NCBI GenBank assembly: GCA_963707025.1 | Contig: CAVPOM010000018.1 | Coordinates: 96,001-160,000 of the forward strand | Direction: 5' to 3' | From: an uncultured Verrucomicrobiae bacterium | Lineage (GTDB): Bacteria; Verrucomicrobiota; Verrucomicrobiia; Limisphaerales; Palsa-1400 | Length of the DNA stretch: 64,000 nucleotides | Shown: piece by piece, positions 41,805 to 52,860 of the stretch | How the letters are laid out: each line of letters starts with the position of its first letter | How positions within the stretch are numbered: the stretch's first letter is position 1 | The notes under the pieces: model-generated | Databases searched by the model: none | Seen by the model: the letters and a program-made list of their open reading frames with translations, nothing else | Told to the model about the DNA's origin: nothing | Translations under genes and position numbers: made by a program

Positions 41805-43238
41805 ATGACAACTTTATTTTTAAGATTAGACGGGCTGATTTCGCCTTTTGGCCGGGTCGGCGGTTGGATATTTGGTCTGGCGGCTTTGCTGGCGCCGGCG
41901 GCGGCGGGTCATGCGGCCGATGCGCCTAAAACGGCTGATCCCTGGGTGATTCATGAATGGGGCACCTTCACCTCGTTGCAGGATGAGGCGGGCAAGGCGA
42001 TTGGAGGCATCAATACGGACGATGAGCCGACGCCGAAATTTGTGCATCGGCTGGCGGATTATTTGCTGCTGACGCCGGAGCAGCTTTGGCCGGCCGGCAG
42101 CAAGGGCACGCCGCATTGCCATCCGGGGGTGACGATGCGGCTGGAAACGCCGGTGCTTTATTTTCATCCGCCGGCCTCGGAGCCGACGGCGACGGGGATT
42201 GAGGTGAGGGCAAGGTTTCGCGGCGGGTGGTTGTCGGAGTTTTATCCGAACGCGGAGGCGGCCGCGCCGGGCTTCAATACCAACACGATGGGATTTGGGC
42301 CGTTGAACTCCAGCACGGAGGGGACGCTGGCCTGGAAGAATCTGGCGGTGGGCGGCGCTTGGGCCGGGCCGGCCACAGGCGCGCGCGTCTGGACGGCGCC
42401 GCGGGCGGTGCGGGCCGCGCCGGTGCGGACGGCGGAGGGGGAAAGCGAGCGGTTTTTGTTTTATCGAGGGGTGGGGCACCTGGACGCGCCGCTGGCCGTT
42501 TCGCAGGATGCCAGCACGGCGGAATTGGTGCTGCGCAGCCAATGTCCGCCGGAACTGGAGGGCAAGCCGGGGTTGAACGTGCGGTCCGTCTGGCTGGTGG
42601 ATATTCGGGCGGATGGCAAGGCGGCCTTCCGCGCCGGGCCGGCGCTGACGCTGAATGGGAATGGGAAGATCGCGGGGAAAATCTCCAGCCGTTTCGGGCC
42701 GGGGGATTACGCGGCGGGCAATCTGGAGAAATTGAAGACGGGCTTGCAGGCCGCGCTGGTGGAGGAGGGACTTTTTGGGGATGAGGCTCGGGCGCTGCTC
42801 AATACATGGGAGTTGTCGTATTTCAAGACGACCGGGATGCGCGTTTTCTTCATGGTGCCGCGGGTGTGGACGGATTTGTATTTGCCGCTGAGCGTGTCCC
42901 TGCCGGCGCAGATGACGCGGGTGATGGTGGGGAGGATCGAATTGGTCACGCCGGCGCAGCGGGAGATTTTGAACAAACTGCACCGGATTGCGGCGGAGGA
43001 GGTCCAGACGGCGGCTGGGCCGCCACAGACCGGTTGGAACGATCAAAGCAGGGCGGGCGGCGCAGTTGGGCAAAGTTATCAGTTATATCTGGGTCTGGGG
43101 CGATTTCGAAACGCGCTGATTTTGGAGGAAGCGGCCAGGAATCCGGCGGCGGGGCTGGGCCGTTTTATTGCGGCGCACGGATTGGAAGGGTATCAGGCGG
43201 CGGAACAATCAGAGGTGGCCACAGGCGGCGCGCCTTAG
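41805..43238 (+). CDS. Exported hypothetical protein (PVC-type, HEWGTFT motif)
   Basis: Signal peptide; IHEWGTFTS, MRLETPVLYF, ERFLFYRGVG. Confidence 0.8.
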   Translation: MTTLFLRLDGLISPFGRVGGWIFGLAALLAPAAAGHAADAPKTADPWVIHEWGTFTSLQDEAGKAIGGINTDDEPTPKFVHRLADYLLLTPEQLWPAGSKGTPHCHPGVTMRLETPVLYFHPPASEPTATGIEVRARFRGGWLSEFYPNAEAAAPGFNTNTMGFGPLNSSTEGTLAWKNLAVGGAWAGPATGARVWTAPRAVRAAPVRTAEGESERFLFYRGVGHLDAPLAVSQDASTAELVLRSQCPPELEGKPGLNVRSVWLVDIRADGKAAFRAGPALTLNGNGKIAGKISSRFGPGDYAAGNLEKLKTGLQAALVEEGLFGDEARALLNTWELSYFKTTGMRVFFMVPRVWTDLYLPLSVSLPAQMTRVMVGRIELVTPAQREILNKLHRIAAEEVQTAAGPPQTGWNDQSRAGGAVGQSYQLYLGLGRFRNALILEEAARNPAAGLGRFIAAHGLEGYQAAEQSEVATGGAP

Positions 43239-43336
43239 CCCGACTTTCCCAACTGGAGGGGGTCGGAGTTCGTAAGTTGGTGCAAATCAGGGCAGCCTGC
43301 CAAAGGGTCGGCACCAAAATTCCATTCCCAATCATC

Positions 43337-43399
43337 TTTGGAGTGTGCCGACGGGTCGGCGCCGCTTCCCAAAGCGGGAGCAAGCTCCCGCACTCCAAA
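43337..43399. repeat. REP-like palindromic element
   Basis: TTTGGAGTG...CAAAGCGGGAGCAAGCTCCCGCACTCCAAA nested inverted repeats. Confidence 0.65.
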
Positions 43400-43765
43400 A
43401 CCGGCTGTGTTACCAATCATCCTGCCGTCTGCTCCGGTGGCCTGCCTCAAGCCGGTGCTGTGGCACACTCAGGAGCGCTCCGGCGATCCTGTTCCATTCT
43501 GAACGGCGCCGCAAATTGGGGACTAATGATGAGGCGCTTGGTTTTCTTGATGCGCCGTCCAGCTTATGTTTAACATGCGAATTGCCGTTAGTGGAGTGAA
43601 GAGACCGGGCGGCTGCCGATGAAGCGATGGGCCGGCTGGCGGAGACGGTTTGGGGAAAGGATCGGAGCCGGCCGCGGCCAACATTTTTTTGGCGGAATAA
43701 TGAACAATTTATGGAAAGCAGCCGTCTCATTTACGAGCGCGAGAACCTTAAGCTTACAGCGTCGC

Positions 43766-44808
43766 ATGCCGCCGACTAAAGTTCGCCAGCCCCGCCTGAG
43801 TCTCAGGCTTTGCCCCGGCCTGCTGCTGGCGATGCTGCCCGGCTTCCCCGCCTTGGGCGCCACACCGGTGATGGTCACGCTGCCTGCCTATGCCGGCGGC
43901 GCGGAAATCCAGAAGGCGCTGGACAGCCTGCCGCCGGAGGAGAAGTGATTTTAAGCGCCGGCACCTGCGAGATTACCCAGCCGCTGTTGTTGCAGCACGA
44001 CGGCCTGACGTTGCGCGGCGCGGGAGCAACCACCATTTTGCATCTGGCAGACCAGGCGGAATGCCCGGTGGTGATTCTGGGGCCGCCCCTGGCCAGGAGC
44101 AGTCATCCGGCCGCGCATCTTCGCCTGGCGGATCTGGTCATTGACGGCAACCGGAAAAACCAGAGCGCGGAGCGCTGGCGGTCGGCTGGGGACGGCCCGG
44201 CCATCAACAACAACGGGGTGCAGATTTGGAAGGCGACCGATGCGGTGGTCGAGCATGTGGTGTGTTGCCGCTGCCGTTCCGGCGGCCTGGTCACGGTCGA
44301 AGTCCGCCGCCTGCGGGTGAGCGATTACGAGGGTTTTGACAATCAATTCGACGGGCTGGCCTGTTACCAGACGCAGCAAAGCCGCTTCGCCGGCTTGCGG
44401 CTGCATGACAATCTGGCGGCGGGCCTGTCAGTGGACCTTGGGTTCGATCTCAATCTCATCACCAACGCAGTGCTGGCCGGCAACGACCTGGGTGTTTTCA
44501 TGCGGGACTCGCGGGACAATCAGTTTCGAGGGCTGACCATTTCCAAGAGCCGGCACGATGGGATTTTCATGGCCCAAACCGCGTCGCTCACCGCCCAAGG
44601 CTGGCAGTATTCGCCCAACACCGAATGCGTTGGCAACAGATTCGAAAACCTGGTGGTCAACGATTGCGGCGGGAAGGCCTTTCAGGTCAACGACGCCTCC
44701 TGCACGGACAACACGATTGCCGGCGCCTGTTTCCAGCGCAACCTGCTGGGCGGTCTGGCCGAGCCTGCCGTCAACCTGGTCAGCGTGCGGGAACTGGTGG
44801 ATCGGTGA
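43766..44808 (+). CDS. Exported right-handed beta-helix protein (frameshift at ~43935)
   Basis: Signal plus AEIQKALDSLP in one frame; GGEVILSAGT, LTLRGAG, IDGNRKNQ and PbH1-like repeats in another. Confidence 0.8.
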
Positions 44809-44953
44809 GGGTGGCCAGGCAGGGTCATCTGTTCCCAACGCCGCCACCCGGAAAACTCCGGCCCTGCGGGCACGGCTGCCTCTGGTTCCGCCCCTTAAGA
44901 CCAAGCGCAACTTTGATTTTTGGATGGTGTTCATCAGGATGAAGTGATATGAT

Positions 44954-45943
44954 ATGAGTGTGATGTCAAACATGAGATGGCCCGGCCTGGTCGGCGGAGC
45001 GATTCTGCTGGGCGGCCAGGGACTGTGGTGCGTTCTTGCGGCCAGCGCGCCTTCCGCCGCGGCGGGAGACGCGGACAACGCCAATCCATACGCGGTCATT
45101 GTTGACCGGAACCCCTTTCGTCTGAACCCGCCGCCGCCGCCCCAGTTGGCTACGCCGCCGCCGGCGCCGGAACTGCCGGAGGTAATCTTCAGCGGCACCA
45201 TGATCAACGCGGGACAAATGAAGGCCATGTTTGCGGTCCGGTCCAAGGCCCCCAAGGACCCCAAGGCGATACAAGCCGGCGGCGCGCAAGACACGACCAG
45301 TTACATCTGCCTCAAAGAAAATGAGACGGAGGGTCCGGTGCAGTTGCTGAAGATTATGAAAGGTGGAGACGAGGTTGAGATCATGAATTCCGGCACGCGC
45401 ATGGTGCTGAACATGAAAGACAACGGTTTTGCAAAGGAACAAGCCTCCCCCGCGCGTGGCACTGGCCCGCCGGGATTGCAGCAGGGTGCGCGGGGCAATC
45501 CCAATCTGAACATGCCGGCTGGCCAGCCGGGACAGCCTGCGGCGCAGAACACAGAATCCAGAGGCATATATGTGGGCGGAGCTGCCGCCGGCATGACAGG
45601 TCGCGGCGGCATCAATGTGGCCGGCCCAAACGTGGGTAATCCAGGCGGAGGGACAGTTATCGGTGGAGCACCCCAGGTGATGAACCAGCCAGGCATCGCC
45701 CAACTAGCGTCCTCTGGAGGGTACAACGGCGGGACCATGGTTGGCGGGGCCACGCGAACCGTCAACCCCGTCACCACGACTGCGCCGACGGCCATGAATG
45801 TCAATCCCTTCAATTCTCCGGGCAATCTGGGCAGCCAGTCGTCCTTGCCGCCGAATTCCACCCCCATTTCCACAGGGCCGCTGCGCAATGTGCAATTTCC
45901 GCCAATGCCGGGCCAGCCGGGCCAGCAGGGCCAAAAGGACTAG
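44954..45943 (+). CDS. Hypothetical exported protein (possibly GspC-like) with G/P/N-rich tail
   Basis: NPY.VIVDRNPFRLNPPPPP motif after a signal anchor. Confidence 0.6.
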   Translation: MSVMSNMRWPGLVGGAILLGGQGLWCVLAASAPSAAAGDADNANPYAVIVDRNPFRLNPPPPPQLATPPPAPELPEVIFSGTMINAGQMKAMFAVRSKAPKDPKAIQAGGAQDTTSYICLKENETEGPVQLLKIMKGGDEVEIMNSGTRMVLNMKDNGFAKEQASPARGTGPPGLQQGARGNPNLNMPAGQPGQPAAQNTESRGIYVGGAAAGMTGRGGINVAGPNVGNPGGGTVIGGAPQVMNQPGIAQLASSGGYNGGTMVGGATRTVNPVTTTAPTAMNVNPFNSPGNLGSQSSLPPNSTPISTGPLRNVQFPPMPGQPGQQGQKD

Positions 45944-45961
45944 CCAGAGTTGGGGGCTTGC

Positions 45962-47122
45962 TTAACCGCGCAGGAACTCCGCGCCGGCCCAATCGGCGAA
46001 GCGCAGCCCCTGGCGGGTCAACTGAAACCGCTCCCCGTCCAGCCGGCCGTATCCCAGTTGGATCATGCGCTGAATTTCCGGCGCCCATTCGTGTTGCAGG
46101 GCAAAGCCGGTGCGCTGCTGGAATTGGTCCAGCGGCCAGCCCGCCGTCATGCGCAACCCAAAAGCGGCCAGTTCCCCCGCCCGCGCCAGAGGCGGCAACT
46201 GTTCGCTGGAGGCCAGCGCGCGGCGGCCCCGCTCCAACTGCTCGCAATACAAAGTGGTGTTGGCCACGTTGGTGGTCCGGCGGCCGGCGGCATAACCGAC
46301 CGCGCCCGGCCCCAAGCCGTGGAACCAGCCGCCCCGCCAATAGTTGACATTATGCCGGCAGGCGCGTTGCGGCAATTCGTCCCGCCCGGCGCCGCCCCGG
46401 GCAAAGTTGGCCACTTCGTATTGGCGGAAGCCCGCCGCCTCCCCCGCCGCCAGCAGTTCGTCGTACATGGCGCAGGCCAGGTCTTCATCGGGGGAGATTT
46501 TGCCGGACTGCAACTGGGCGAACAAGGCGGTGTCCTCCTCGTAGATGACCTCGTAACAAGCCAGGTGTTCGCTGCCCAGGGCGATGGCTTCGGCCAAAGT
46601 GGCGCGCCACATCTCCATGGTCTGGCCGGGAATGGCGAACATCAAGTCCAGATTCACGTTGTCGAAACCGCCGGCCCGGAGAAGGTCGAACGATTTGAAA
46701 ATCATCTCCCGGCTGTGGACCCGGCCGAGCCGTTGCAGCAAGGCGGGATCAAAGGACTGCACGCCCATGGAAACGCGGTTGACGCCCCAGTCGCGCAGGA
46801 GCCGGGCCTTGTCCGCCGAGACGGTGGCGGGATTGCATTCGACCGTCCATTCCGTCGCGCCGAGCATATTCAGGCGATCCATGGCTTTGAAGATGGCCTG
46901 CCATTGGCGCAAATTCAGGAGCGATGGGGTGCCGCCGCCAAAGAAGACGGTCTGCGGTTGCAAGTCCGCCGCCACCAATTCCATTTCCGTGACCAGCGCC
47001 CGGACATAGCGATTGACCAGCGCCCCGTCGGCGGCTTCCGAGTAAAAGGCGCAATAGGCGCATTTCCTGGCGCAAAAGGGCACATGAACGTAGAGACTGG
47101 TGATGGCCCGGTCGTTGGGCAT
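45962..47122 (-). CDS. hemW: Radical SAM heme chaperone
   Basis: LYVHVPFCARKCAYCAF, FFGGGTPS, QYEVANFA, HNVNYW. Confidence 0.92.
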   Translation of the reverse strand: MPNDRAITSLYVHVPFCARKCAYCAFYSEAADGALVNRYVRALVTEMELVAADLQPQTVFFGGGTPSLLNLRQWQAIFKAMDRLNMLGATEWTVECNPATVSADKARLLRDWGVNRVSMGVQSFDPALLQRLGRVHSREMIFKSFDLLRAGGFDNVNLDLMFAIPGQTMEMWRATLAEAIALGSEHLACYEVIYEEDTALFAQLQSGKISPDEDLACAMYDELLAAGEAAGFRQYEVANFARGGAGRDELPQRACRHNVNYWRGGWFHGLGPGAVGYAAGRRTTNVANTTLYCEQLERGRRALASSEQLPPLARAGELAAFGLRMTAGWPLDQFQQRTGFALQHEWAPEIQRMIQLGYGRLDGERFQLTRQGLRFADWAGAEFLRG

Positions 47123-47249
47123 CGTTGAGGCGAGCTTACACCGGACGGGCGGGAAAGGCGAGGCTGGAGGAAGGAAAATGGCGAAGCCGCGTCAAAAACC
47201 TTGAAAAAAACGGTCACTTTTTCAAAGCGGTGTCCGTGTATATAGTGAG

Positions 47250-48440
47250 ATGATGAATGATGACATGGCCTTGGTGAGGGAATATGCCGGGAGCAATTCC
47301 GAGGAGGCGTTCGCCGCCCTGGTCACGCGCCACCTCAACCTGGTGTATTCGGTGGCCTTGCGCCGGGTTGGCGATGCGCATCTGGCCGAGGAAATCACCC
47401 AGGTCGTCTTCATCATTTTGGCGCGCAAGGCAGGCTCGCTTGGCCCCAAGACCGTCCTGTCCGGCTGGCTGTGCCGGACGGCGCGCTACGCTTGCGCGGA
47501 CGCGTGGAAAAGCGAGCAGCGCCGCCAGCGCCGCGAACAACAGGCCCAAACCCAATTTATGTCAAACCCATCCGAACCCGAAGCGTGGACGCACATCGCT
47601 CCGTTACTGGACGAGGCGCTGGCGGAGTTGGGCGCCAAAGATCACGACGCCATCGTGCTCCGTTTTTTTGAAGGCAAGTCTATGCAGGACGTGGGCGCGG
47701 GCCTGGGCATGAACGAGGTTTCTGCCCGGAAACGCGTCAGCCGCGCCGTGGAGAAGCTGCGGGCTTTCTTTGTGCGCCGCGGCATTGCGCTGTCGGCGTC
47801 CGTGATCGCCGGAGCGGTGACCGCCCACTGGGTGCAAGCCGCGCCCGGCGGGCTGGCGGCCTCGGTTGCCGCGACCGCCATTAAAGCAACCTCCGTCAGC
47901 ACCTCAACCTTAACCCTACTGAAAGGAACACTAAAACTTATGGCATGGACAAAGCTCAAAACTGCCGCCGTGGCCGGGTTGGCCGCCCTCCTGGTCACCA
48001 GCACCGCCACCGTCCTTATTGTCAAATCCATCAAGCCAACGCCGCCAACGTCTTTGGCCTCCGTGCCTTTTCCGGGATATGACACGCCCGAGGCCGCGCT
48101 CCAGTCGTTTCTTTGGGCGGCAAGCCAGGGGGATTTTGAAAAGCTCCTGGCCTGCCTTTCGCCGGAGGAAAAGGAACAAACCGTGGCGGGAGCCAGAGAT
48201 GACGCCCGGCGGACCGGCAAATCCGAAGAGGAGGCCCGGCGCGCGTATATGGCTGCCCGACAAGTTCTGGACCTGCAAATCACTCAAAAAGAGATCGTGT
48301 CCGATGATGAGGTCCGCCTCCATGTCCATTCACCGTCGCGCCCGGACAAACTGCCGGACACTATTCTCGTGCTGAAGAAGATTGGAGACGAGTGGAAAGG
48401 GGCCGGACAAATTGGAAAGAACGGCCAGGTTCAACTTTAA
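47250..48440 (+). CDS. ECF sigma factor with TM segment and C-terminal extracytoplasmic domain
   Basis: [32 protein letters not shown] near [19 protein letters not shown]...KIGDEWK domain. Confidence 0.88.
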   Translation: MMNDDMALVREYAGSNSEEAFAALVTRHLNLVYSVALRRVGDAHLAEEITQVVFIILARKAGSLGPKTVLSGWLCRTARYACADAWKSEQRRQRREQQAQTQFMSNPSEPEAWTHIAPLLDEALAELGAKDHDAIVLRFFEGKSMQDVGAGLGMNEVSARKRVSRAVEKLRAFFVRRGIALSASVIAGAVTAHWVQAAPGGLAASVAATAIKATSVSTSTLTLLKGTLKLMAWTKLKTAAVAGLAALLVTSTATVLIVKSIKPTPPTSLASVPFPGYDTPEAALQSFLWAASQGDFEKLLACLSPEEKEQTVAGARDDARRTGKSEEEARRAYMAARQVLDLQITQKEIVSDDEVRLHVHSPSRPDKLPDTILVLKKIGDEWKGAGQIGKNGQVQL

Positions 48441-48522
48441 AATCCCGCGGCAGTTTTGCGATTGCCGACACAGTTTTGCGATTGCGATTGCCCCGTTCCG
48501 CGCCGCCCGCTACGCTTTTGCT

Positions 48523-49269
48523 ATGACTGCTGATGCCACGGGCGCGGCTGTCCGCACCGACGGACGCCGCCCCGATCAACTCCGCCCGGTGCGTTTTCAA
48601 AATGGCATCGCTCCGTACGCGACCGGTTCGACGCTGGTGGAATGGGGGAACACGCGGGTGATCTGCGGCGTGACGGTGGAGGAAGCGGTGCCGCGCTGGA
48701 TGAAGGAAAAGGGCGCGACGGGGGGCTGGATCACCGCCGAGTATTCCATGCTCCCTTACTCGACGCTGACGCGCAAGCCGCGGGACATTGCCAAAGGCAA
48801 AATTGACGGGCGCTCGCAGGAAATCCAGCGACTCATCGGACGGGCCATGCGCGCGGCGATTGATCTGGAACGCATCGGCCCGCGCACGGTCTGGCTGGAT
48901 TGCGATGTGTTGCAAGCCGATGGCGGCACGCGCACCGCTGCGATCACCGGGAGTTACGTCGCCTTGTCGCTGGCCATGCGCAAACTGGCCGCCGCGGGGA
49001 AGCTGGCGGAGGGTGCGGTTGTCAAACCGATAGCGGCGGTGAGTGTTGGGATCGTCGGCGCACAACCATTGCTGGACCTGGCCTACGATGAAGACGCGGC
49101 GGCGACGGTGGACATGAATCTGGTGATGAACGGGGCCGGGGAATTCATCGAGCTGCAAGGGACGGGTGAGGAATCCACTTACACTGAGGAACAACTGGGG
49201 GCCATGCTGGCCCTGGGAAAAAGCGGGATCAAACAATTGCTGGCGTTGCAACAAGCGGCGTTGGGGTGA
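48523..49269 (+). CDS. rph: Ribonuclease PH
   Basis: RTDGRRPDQLRP, GWITAEYSMLP, CDVLQADGGTRTAAITG. Confidence 0.96.
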   Translation: MTADATGAAVRTDGRRPDQLRPVRFQNGIAPYATGSTLVEWGNTRVICGVTVEEAVPRWMKEKGATGGWITAEYSMLPYSTLTRKPRDIAKGKIDGRSQEIQRLIGRAMRAAIDLERIGPRTVWLDCDVLQADGGTRTAAITGSYVALSLAMRKLAAAGKLAEGAVVKPIAAVSVGIVGAQPLLDLAYDEDAAATVDMNLVMNGAGEFIELQGTGEESTYTEEQLGAMLALGKSGIKQLLALQQAALG

Positions 49270-49349
49270 GGGGGAGGCGCCTGTCGCCCTTTCCTCCAAT
49301 GCCGAAACCTGCTTGTCTTTCCGGCCCTGGGGGCTACATTAAAGGCGCC

Positions 49350-49601
49350 ATGAGCCTGGTAGAAATTGAAGCTGAGTTGGAGCAATTGGGACCGGATGAA
49401 CTCCGCCACCTCGCCTTAAAATCGTGGAGGACATTTGTGGAGAAGGAACAGCGCCAGCACGGGGTCAACGAGTGCGACGAGGGTGACCCGCGCCTGTTGG
49501 CCGCCTTGGACGAAGCGATTGCCAAAGCCGACGCGACCCCCGGCCAGGGACATTCGGGGAGCGAGGTTCGCGCCCGGCTGAACGAATGGACTACCGGGTA
49601 A
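49350..49601 (+). CDS. Putative antitoxin
   Basis: Acidic 83-aa ORF overlapping the RelE/ParE toxin. Confidence 0.7.
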   Translation: MSLVEIEAELEQLGPDELRHLALKSWRTFVEKEQRQHGVNECDEGDPRLLAALDEAIAKADATPGQGHSGSEVRARLNEWTTG

Positions 49602-49882
49602 TTTTCAAAGGCGCCTTTCTGGCCGACCTCGAACGAATTGTGAGGTCTGTTGCCGTTCATAATCCGTCCGCCGCGCGCAAGTTGGGTGACATGATTATTC
49701 AAAGCAGTGAAAGCCTCTGTTTCTTTCCAGAGCGTCACCCCAAAGTTCGTCAACGTCCGGGAATCAGGCGATTTATCATAAAGAAATACTTCAAGGTGTT
49801 TTACCGGGTGCAACCTGAGTCACGAACCGTGGAAGTGCTCCGTTGTTGGGATGGCCGGCGGGCATCCGATCCTGTCTTGTAG
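49586..49882 (+). CDS. RelE/ParE-family toxin
   Basis: YRVIF...FLADLERI..NPSAA..FPER..YFKVFYRV..VEVLRCWDGRR. Confidence 0.88.
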   Translation: MDYRVIFKGAFLADLERIVRSVAVHNPSAARKLGDMIIQSSESLCFFPERHPKVRQRPGIRRFIIKKYFKVFYRVQPESRTVEVLRCWDGRRASDPVL

Positions 49883-50168
49883 TCGCCGGGCAAACCTGGA
49901 GCGTTTTCAAGAAAACTGTAGCCGCAGCACGACGCGGCAGGGTCCCGGTCCCGAACTATCGGGACCCGCCGCGGCGCGCACGGAGTGCGCGCCCTACCTC
50001 CCTCGTGTCGGCTGCATCGTTTCCTAAACCGCTCCAACATGGCGAAAAAAAGGGGCCGCGATTGGGGTCTCCTTGGCCGGAAACACCTGTCGCCTGGGAA
50101 ACGGGAAGCTCGGATGTTGAGCGCAAGCCAGGCCGTGAAGCTGCGGCGGGTGATGCGGCGCCACGGCC

Positions 50169-50729
50169 TCAGTTCCAGGAGAGGTTGTCGGGGGAATCGG
50201 CCAGCCAGCGCAGGGTGTGGTCTTTCTGGCGTAGGATTTCCTTCCAGAGCAGTTCCGGCTCGGACTGGAAGATCAAATCCACGCTGGCGGGATGGGTCAG
50301 CCAGTCGTGCCGGGCCATTTCCTGATCCAACTGGCCGGCGGACCAGCCGGCGTAGCCGGCAAAGAGGCGGAGCTTTTGGGTGGTGGAATAGGATTCGGCC
50401 AAATCCATCAGCGTCTCAATGGAGTGGCCGAGATTCAAATTGGGCAGGACATTGGCGTGCGGCACGAAAATGTCCGAATGGAGAAAGCTCAGGACGCCGG
50501 GCTGGACCGGGCCGCCCAGGAAAAGGGGCTGCTGCTTGAGGGCTTGGGGCAAGTTGGCCACCACCGCGTCGCCCACCTTGCTGCCGGCCGGACGGTTGAG
50601 AATCAGGCCGAAAGCGCCTTCGGCATCGTGCTGGCAAACCAGGACGACGGCGCGATGGAAAAAGGAGCCGTGCAGTTTCCCGCCGTCCAGGAGCAGTTGC
50701 CCCTGCCAGGAGTTGGAGGTGCCAGGCAT
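50169..50729 (-). CDS. YqgE/AlgH family protein
   Basis: GAFGLILNRP, FLGGPV, FAGYAGWSAGQLDQE. Confidence 0.93.
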   Translation of the reverse strand: MPGTSNSWQGQLLLDGGKLHGSFFHRAVVLVCQHDAEGAFGLILNRPAGSKVGDAVVANLPQALKQQPLFLGGPVQPGVLSFLHSDIFVPHANVLPNLNLGHSIETLMDLAESYSTTQKLRLFAGYAGWSAGQLDQEMARHDWLTHPASVDLIFQSEPELLWKEILRQKDHTLRWLADSPDNLSWN

Positions 50730-50734
50730 ATCGT

Positions 50735-52804
50735 CTAACGCATGAGTTCCTGCGCGGCCTCGACAATTTTGGCGCTGGTCAGGCCGTGCTTTTTGTAAAG
50801 GTCCGCCGCTTTGTAGGCCGACTGTCCGAATTCACCGCGAATGGCCAGAGTTTTCATCTGGTGATGGATGCCCGCCTGGGCCAACTGGTGCGCCACCTGC
50901 GCGCTCATCCCGCAAATCGCCTGATGGTCTTCGATGGTGACGACCCGCCCGGAACATTGCCGCACGGCCGGGCCGATGGTCTCCAGGTCCACGTGGTTGA
51001 CAAACGGATTGTTGATGACGGTGGCGGCAATTTTTTGTTCCTGCAGCAGGCGGCCGGCTTGCAGCGCCTGCCCCAGCAGCGGGCCGCAGGCGATGATGGC
51101 CACGTCTCCGCCCCCGGCCAGGATTTGCGCCCTGCCCCATTCATAACGGGCCTGTTCGGCCAGGTGAACGGGATAATTCTCGCGGCCGACAAAAAAGATG
51201 ACCGATTCGCCGTCGCCGCCCTGTTCGCGGGCCTGGGCGATGCGTTTGATGGCCTGGTAGATGAGCGCCTCCGCTTCGTCGGAGCAGGAACAGGCGATGA
51301 CGACGGTGTGCGGAATGGCGGAGGTGGCGGCGAAATAAGTGGTGGCCTCATGGGAGGCGCCGTCGGCCGCGTCCTGAAAACCGACATGGGAGAAGATGGC
51401 GATGAGCGGGGCCTGGGAGAGGGCGGACATGGTCAAAGGCAGGTTGCCCTTGGTCACGCCGAACTGGCCGAAGGTGTCCACGATGGGAATCAGCCCGGCT
51501 TTGGCCAGACCGGCTCCGGCGCTGACCATGTTCGCCTCGGCCACGCCCAGGTCCACAAAGCGGTCGGGAAAGGTCTTCTGGAAAAAGGAAATACCGGTCG
51601 AGCCGGCCAGGTCGGCGGAAAGGGAAAAAACGGGCAGGCCCTCCTGGGCGGCGCGCACCGCGCCTTTGGCCAGGCCGGCCTGGATTTTTTCGGCCTTGAC
51701 GGAGGGCGCGGCGGGAGGGGCGGCGGCGGCCTGGGCTTTTTTGGCGGCGTCCTTTTTCTCCCAGTCGGCGCGGAGGGCTTGGGACCAGGCGGCCAGTTCG
51801 GCGGGAACCTCCCCGCCAAAGTAAATCTCGTTGACAAACTCGGCAATTTTCTCGCCGCCGGCCAGGGGAAAACCGTGTCCGCCGGAGGAGCTTTCCATGG
51901 TGGACTTGACGCCGAAGCCCTTGATGGTTTTGACCCAGAGGCAAACCGGGGCGAGGGGATTGGCCCGGGCCTGTTGCAGGCCGCGCTCGACCGCCAGATA
52001 GACGGAGGAGAGCTCGTTGCCGTTGGGCACCTGGATGACATTCCAGCCCAAAACGCTCATGGCGGCGAAGGTCGGCTGCATGCTGAAGGAGTCCTTGGTG
52101 ATGCGGCCGGAGAGTTTGGTGTCGTTGTCGGAAATGACCAGGAGGAAAGGATTCAGCAGGCCCCTGGCCGCCAGGCCGGGAATGGCGGCGAAGGCCTCCT
52201 TGGCTTCGCCCTCCATGGACGCGCCGTCGGAAACGGTGCAGACGGTGAGGCGGTCATTTTTGAGCACATGGTCGGCCAGGGCCAGCCCCTGGGCTTGGGG
52301 AAGGGCCGAGCTGAGCGGGCCGTTGCTCAGGAGCACCCCTTGCGGGTTGAGGTGGGATTCGCCGTGGCCGGTCAGTTTGCTCTGGAGGCTGCGAAAGCCC
52401 TTCAAATCCTCGAAGGTCATGCCGTCAAAGCCATAGTTGGCGCGCAAGGCATAAATGCCGTTCTCCGTGTGGCCGGCGTCGTTGACGAAATTGTAGGCGG
52501 CGTGCCAGGGCCGGCCCTGCACGGCAAACAGGAAGCCGTGAATGGCCGACATGATCTCGGCGAAGGCGGCGGGGCCGCCCCAATGACTGGCGGCGCCACC
52601 GTTGACGGCATGAACGTCCATGAGGGCGACCAGGGCGCGCGTGGCGCGGGGATCGCCCAGCAACACCTCCCCGCCGGCGGCGTTTCTGACCCGGACGGAA
52701 TAGCGGGGCGGAGAGGCCGGAGCGGGAGCCAGTTTGGATTTGAGCTTGAGCGCCGCCAGGGGGGGCGCTGCCACCTTTTGCACTACAGATTTATCTTCGG
52801 ACAT
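50735..52804 (-). CDS. Transketolase-family TPP enzyme
   Basis: SKLTGHGE, SDGASMEG..N, SADLAGST, GVAEANM, DGASHE, TIEDH. Confidence 0.88.
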   Translation of the reverse strand: MSEDKSVVQKVAAPPLAALKLKSKLAPAPASPPRYSVRVRNAAGGEVLLGDPRATRALVALMDVHAVNGGAASHWGGPAAFAEIMSAIHGFLFAVQGRPWHAAYNFVNDAGHTENGIYALRANYGFDGMTFEDLKGFRSLQSKLTGHGESHLNPQGVLLSNGPLSSALPQAQGLALADHVLKNDRLTVCTVSDGASMEGEAKEAFAAIPGLAARGLLNPFLLVISDNDTKLSGRITKDSFSMQPTFAAMSVLGWNVIQVPNGNELSSVYLAVERGLQQARANPLAPVCLWVKTIKGFGVKSTMESSSGGHGFPLAGGEKIAEFVNEIYFGGEVPAELAAWSQALRADWEKKDAAKKAQAAAAPPAAPSVKAEKIQAGLAKGAVRAAQEGLPVFSLSADLAGSTGISFFQKTFPDRFVDLGVAEANMVSAGAGLAKAGLIPIVDTFGQFGVTKGNLPLTMSALSQAPLIAIFSHVGFQDAADGASHEATTYFAATSAIPHTVVIACSCSDEAEALIYQAIKRIAQAREQGGDGESVIFFVGRENYPVHLAEQARYEWGRAQILAGGGDVAIIACGPLLGQALQAGRLLQEQKIAATVINNPFVNHVDLETIGPAVRQCSGRVVTIEDHQAICGMSAQVAHQLAQAGIHHQMKTLAIRGEFGQSAYKAADLYKKHGLTSAKIVEAAQELMR

Positions 52805-52860
52805 AATGAGTTTGGGTGGGGAAAATGGGGGCGGGCCGGCCGCGGCGGAAGGCGGGCGGG

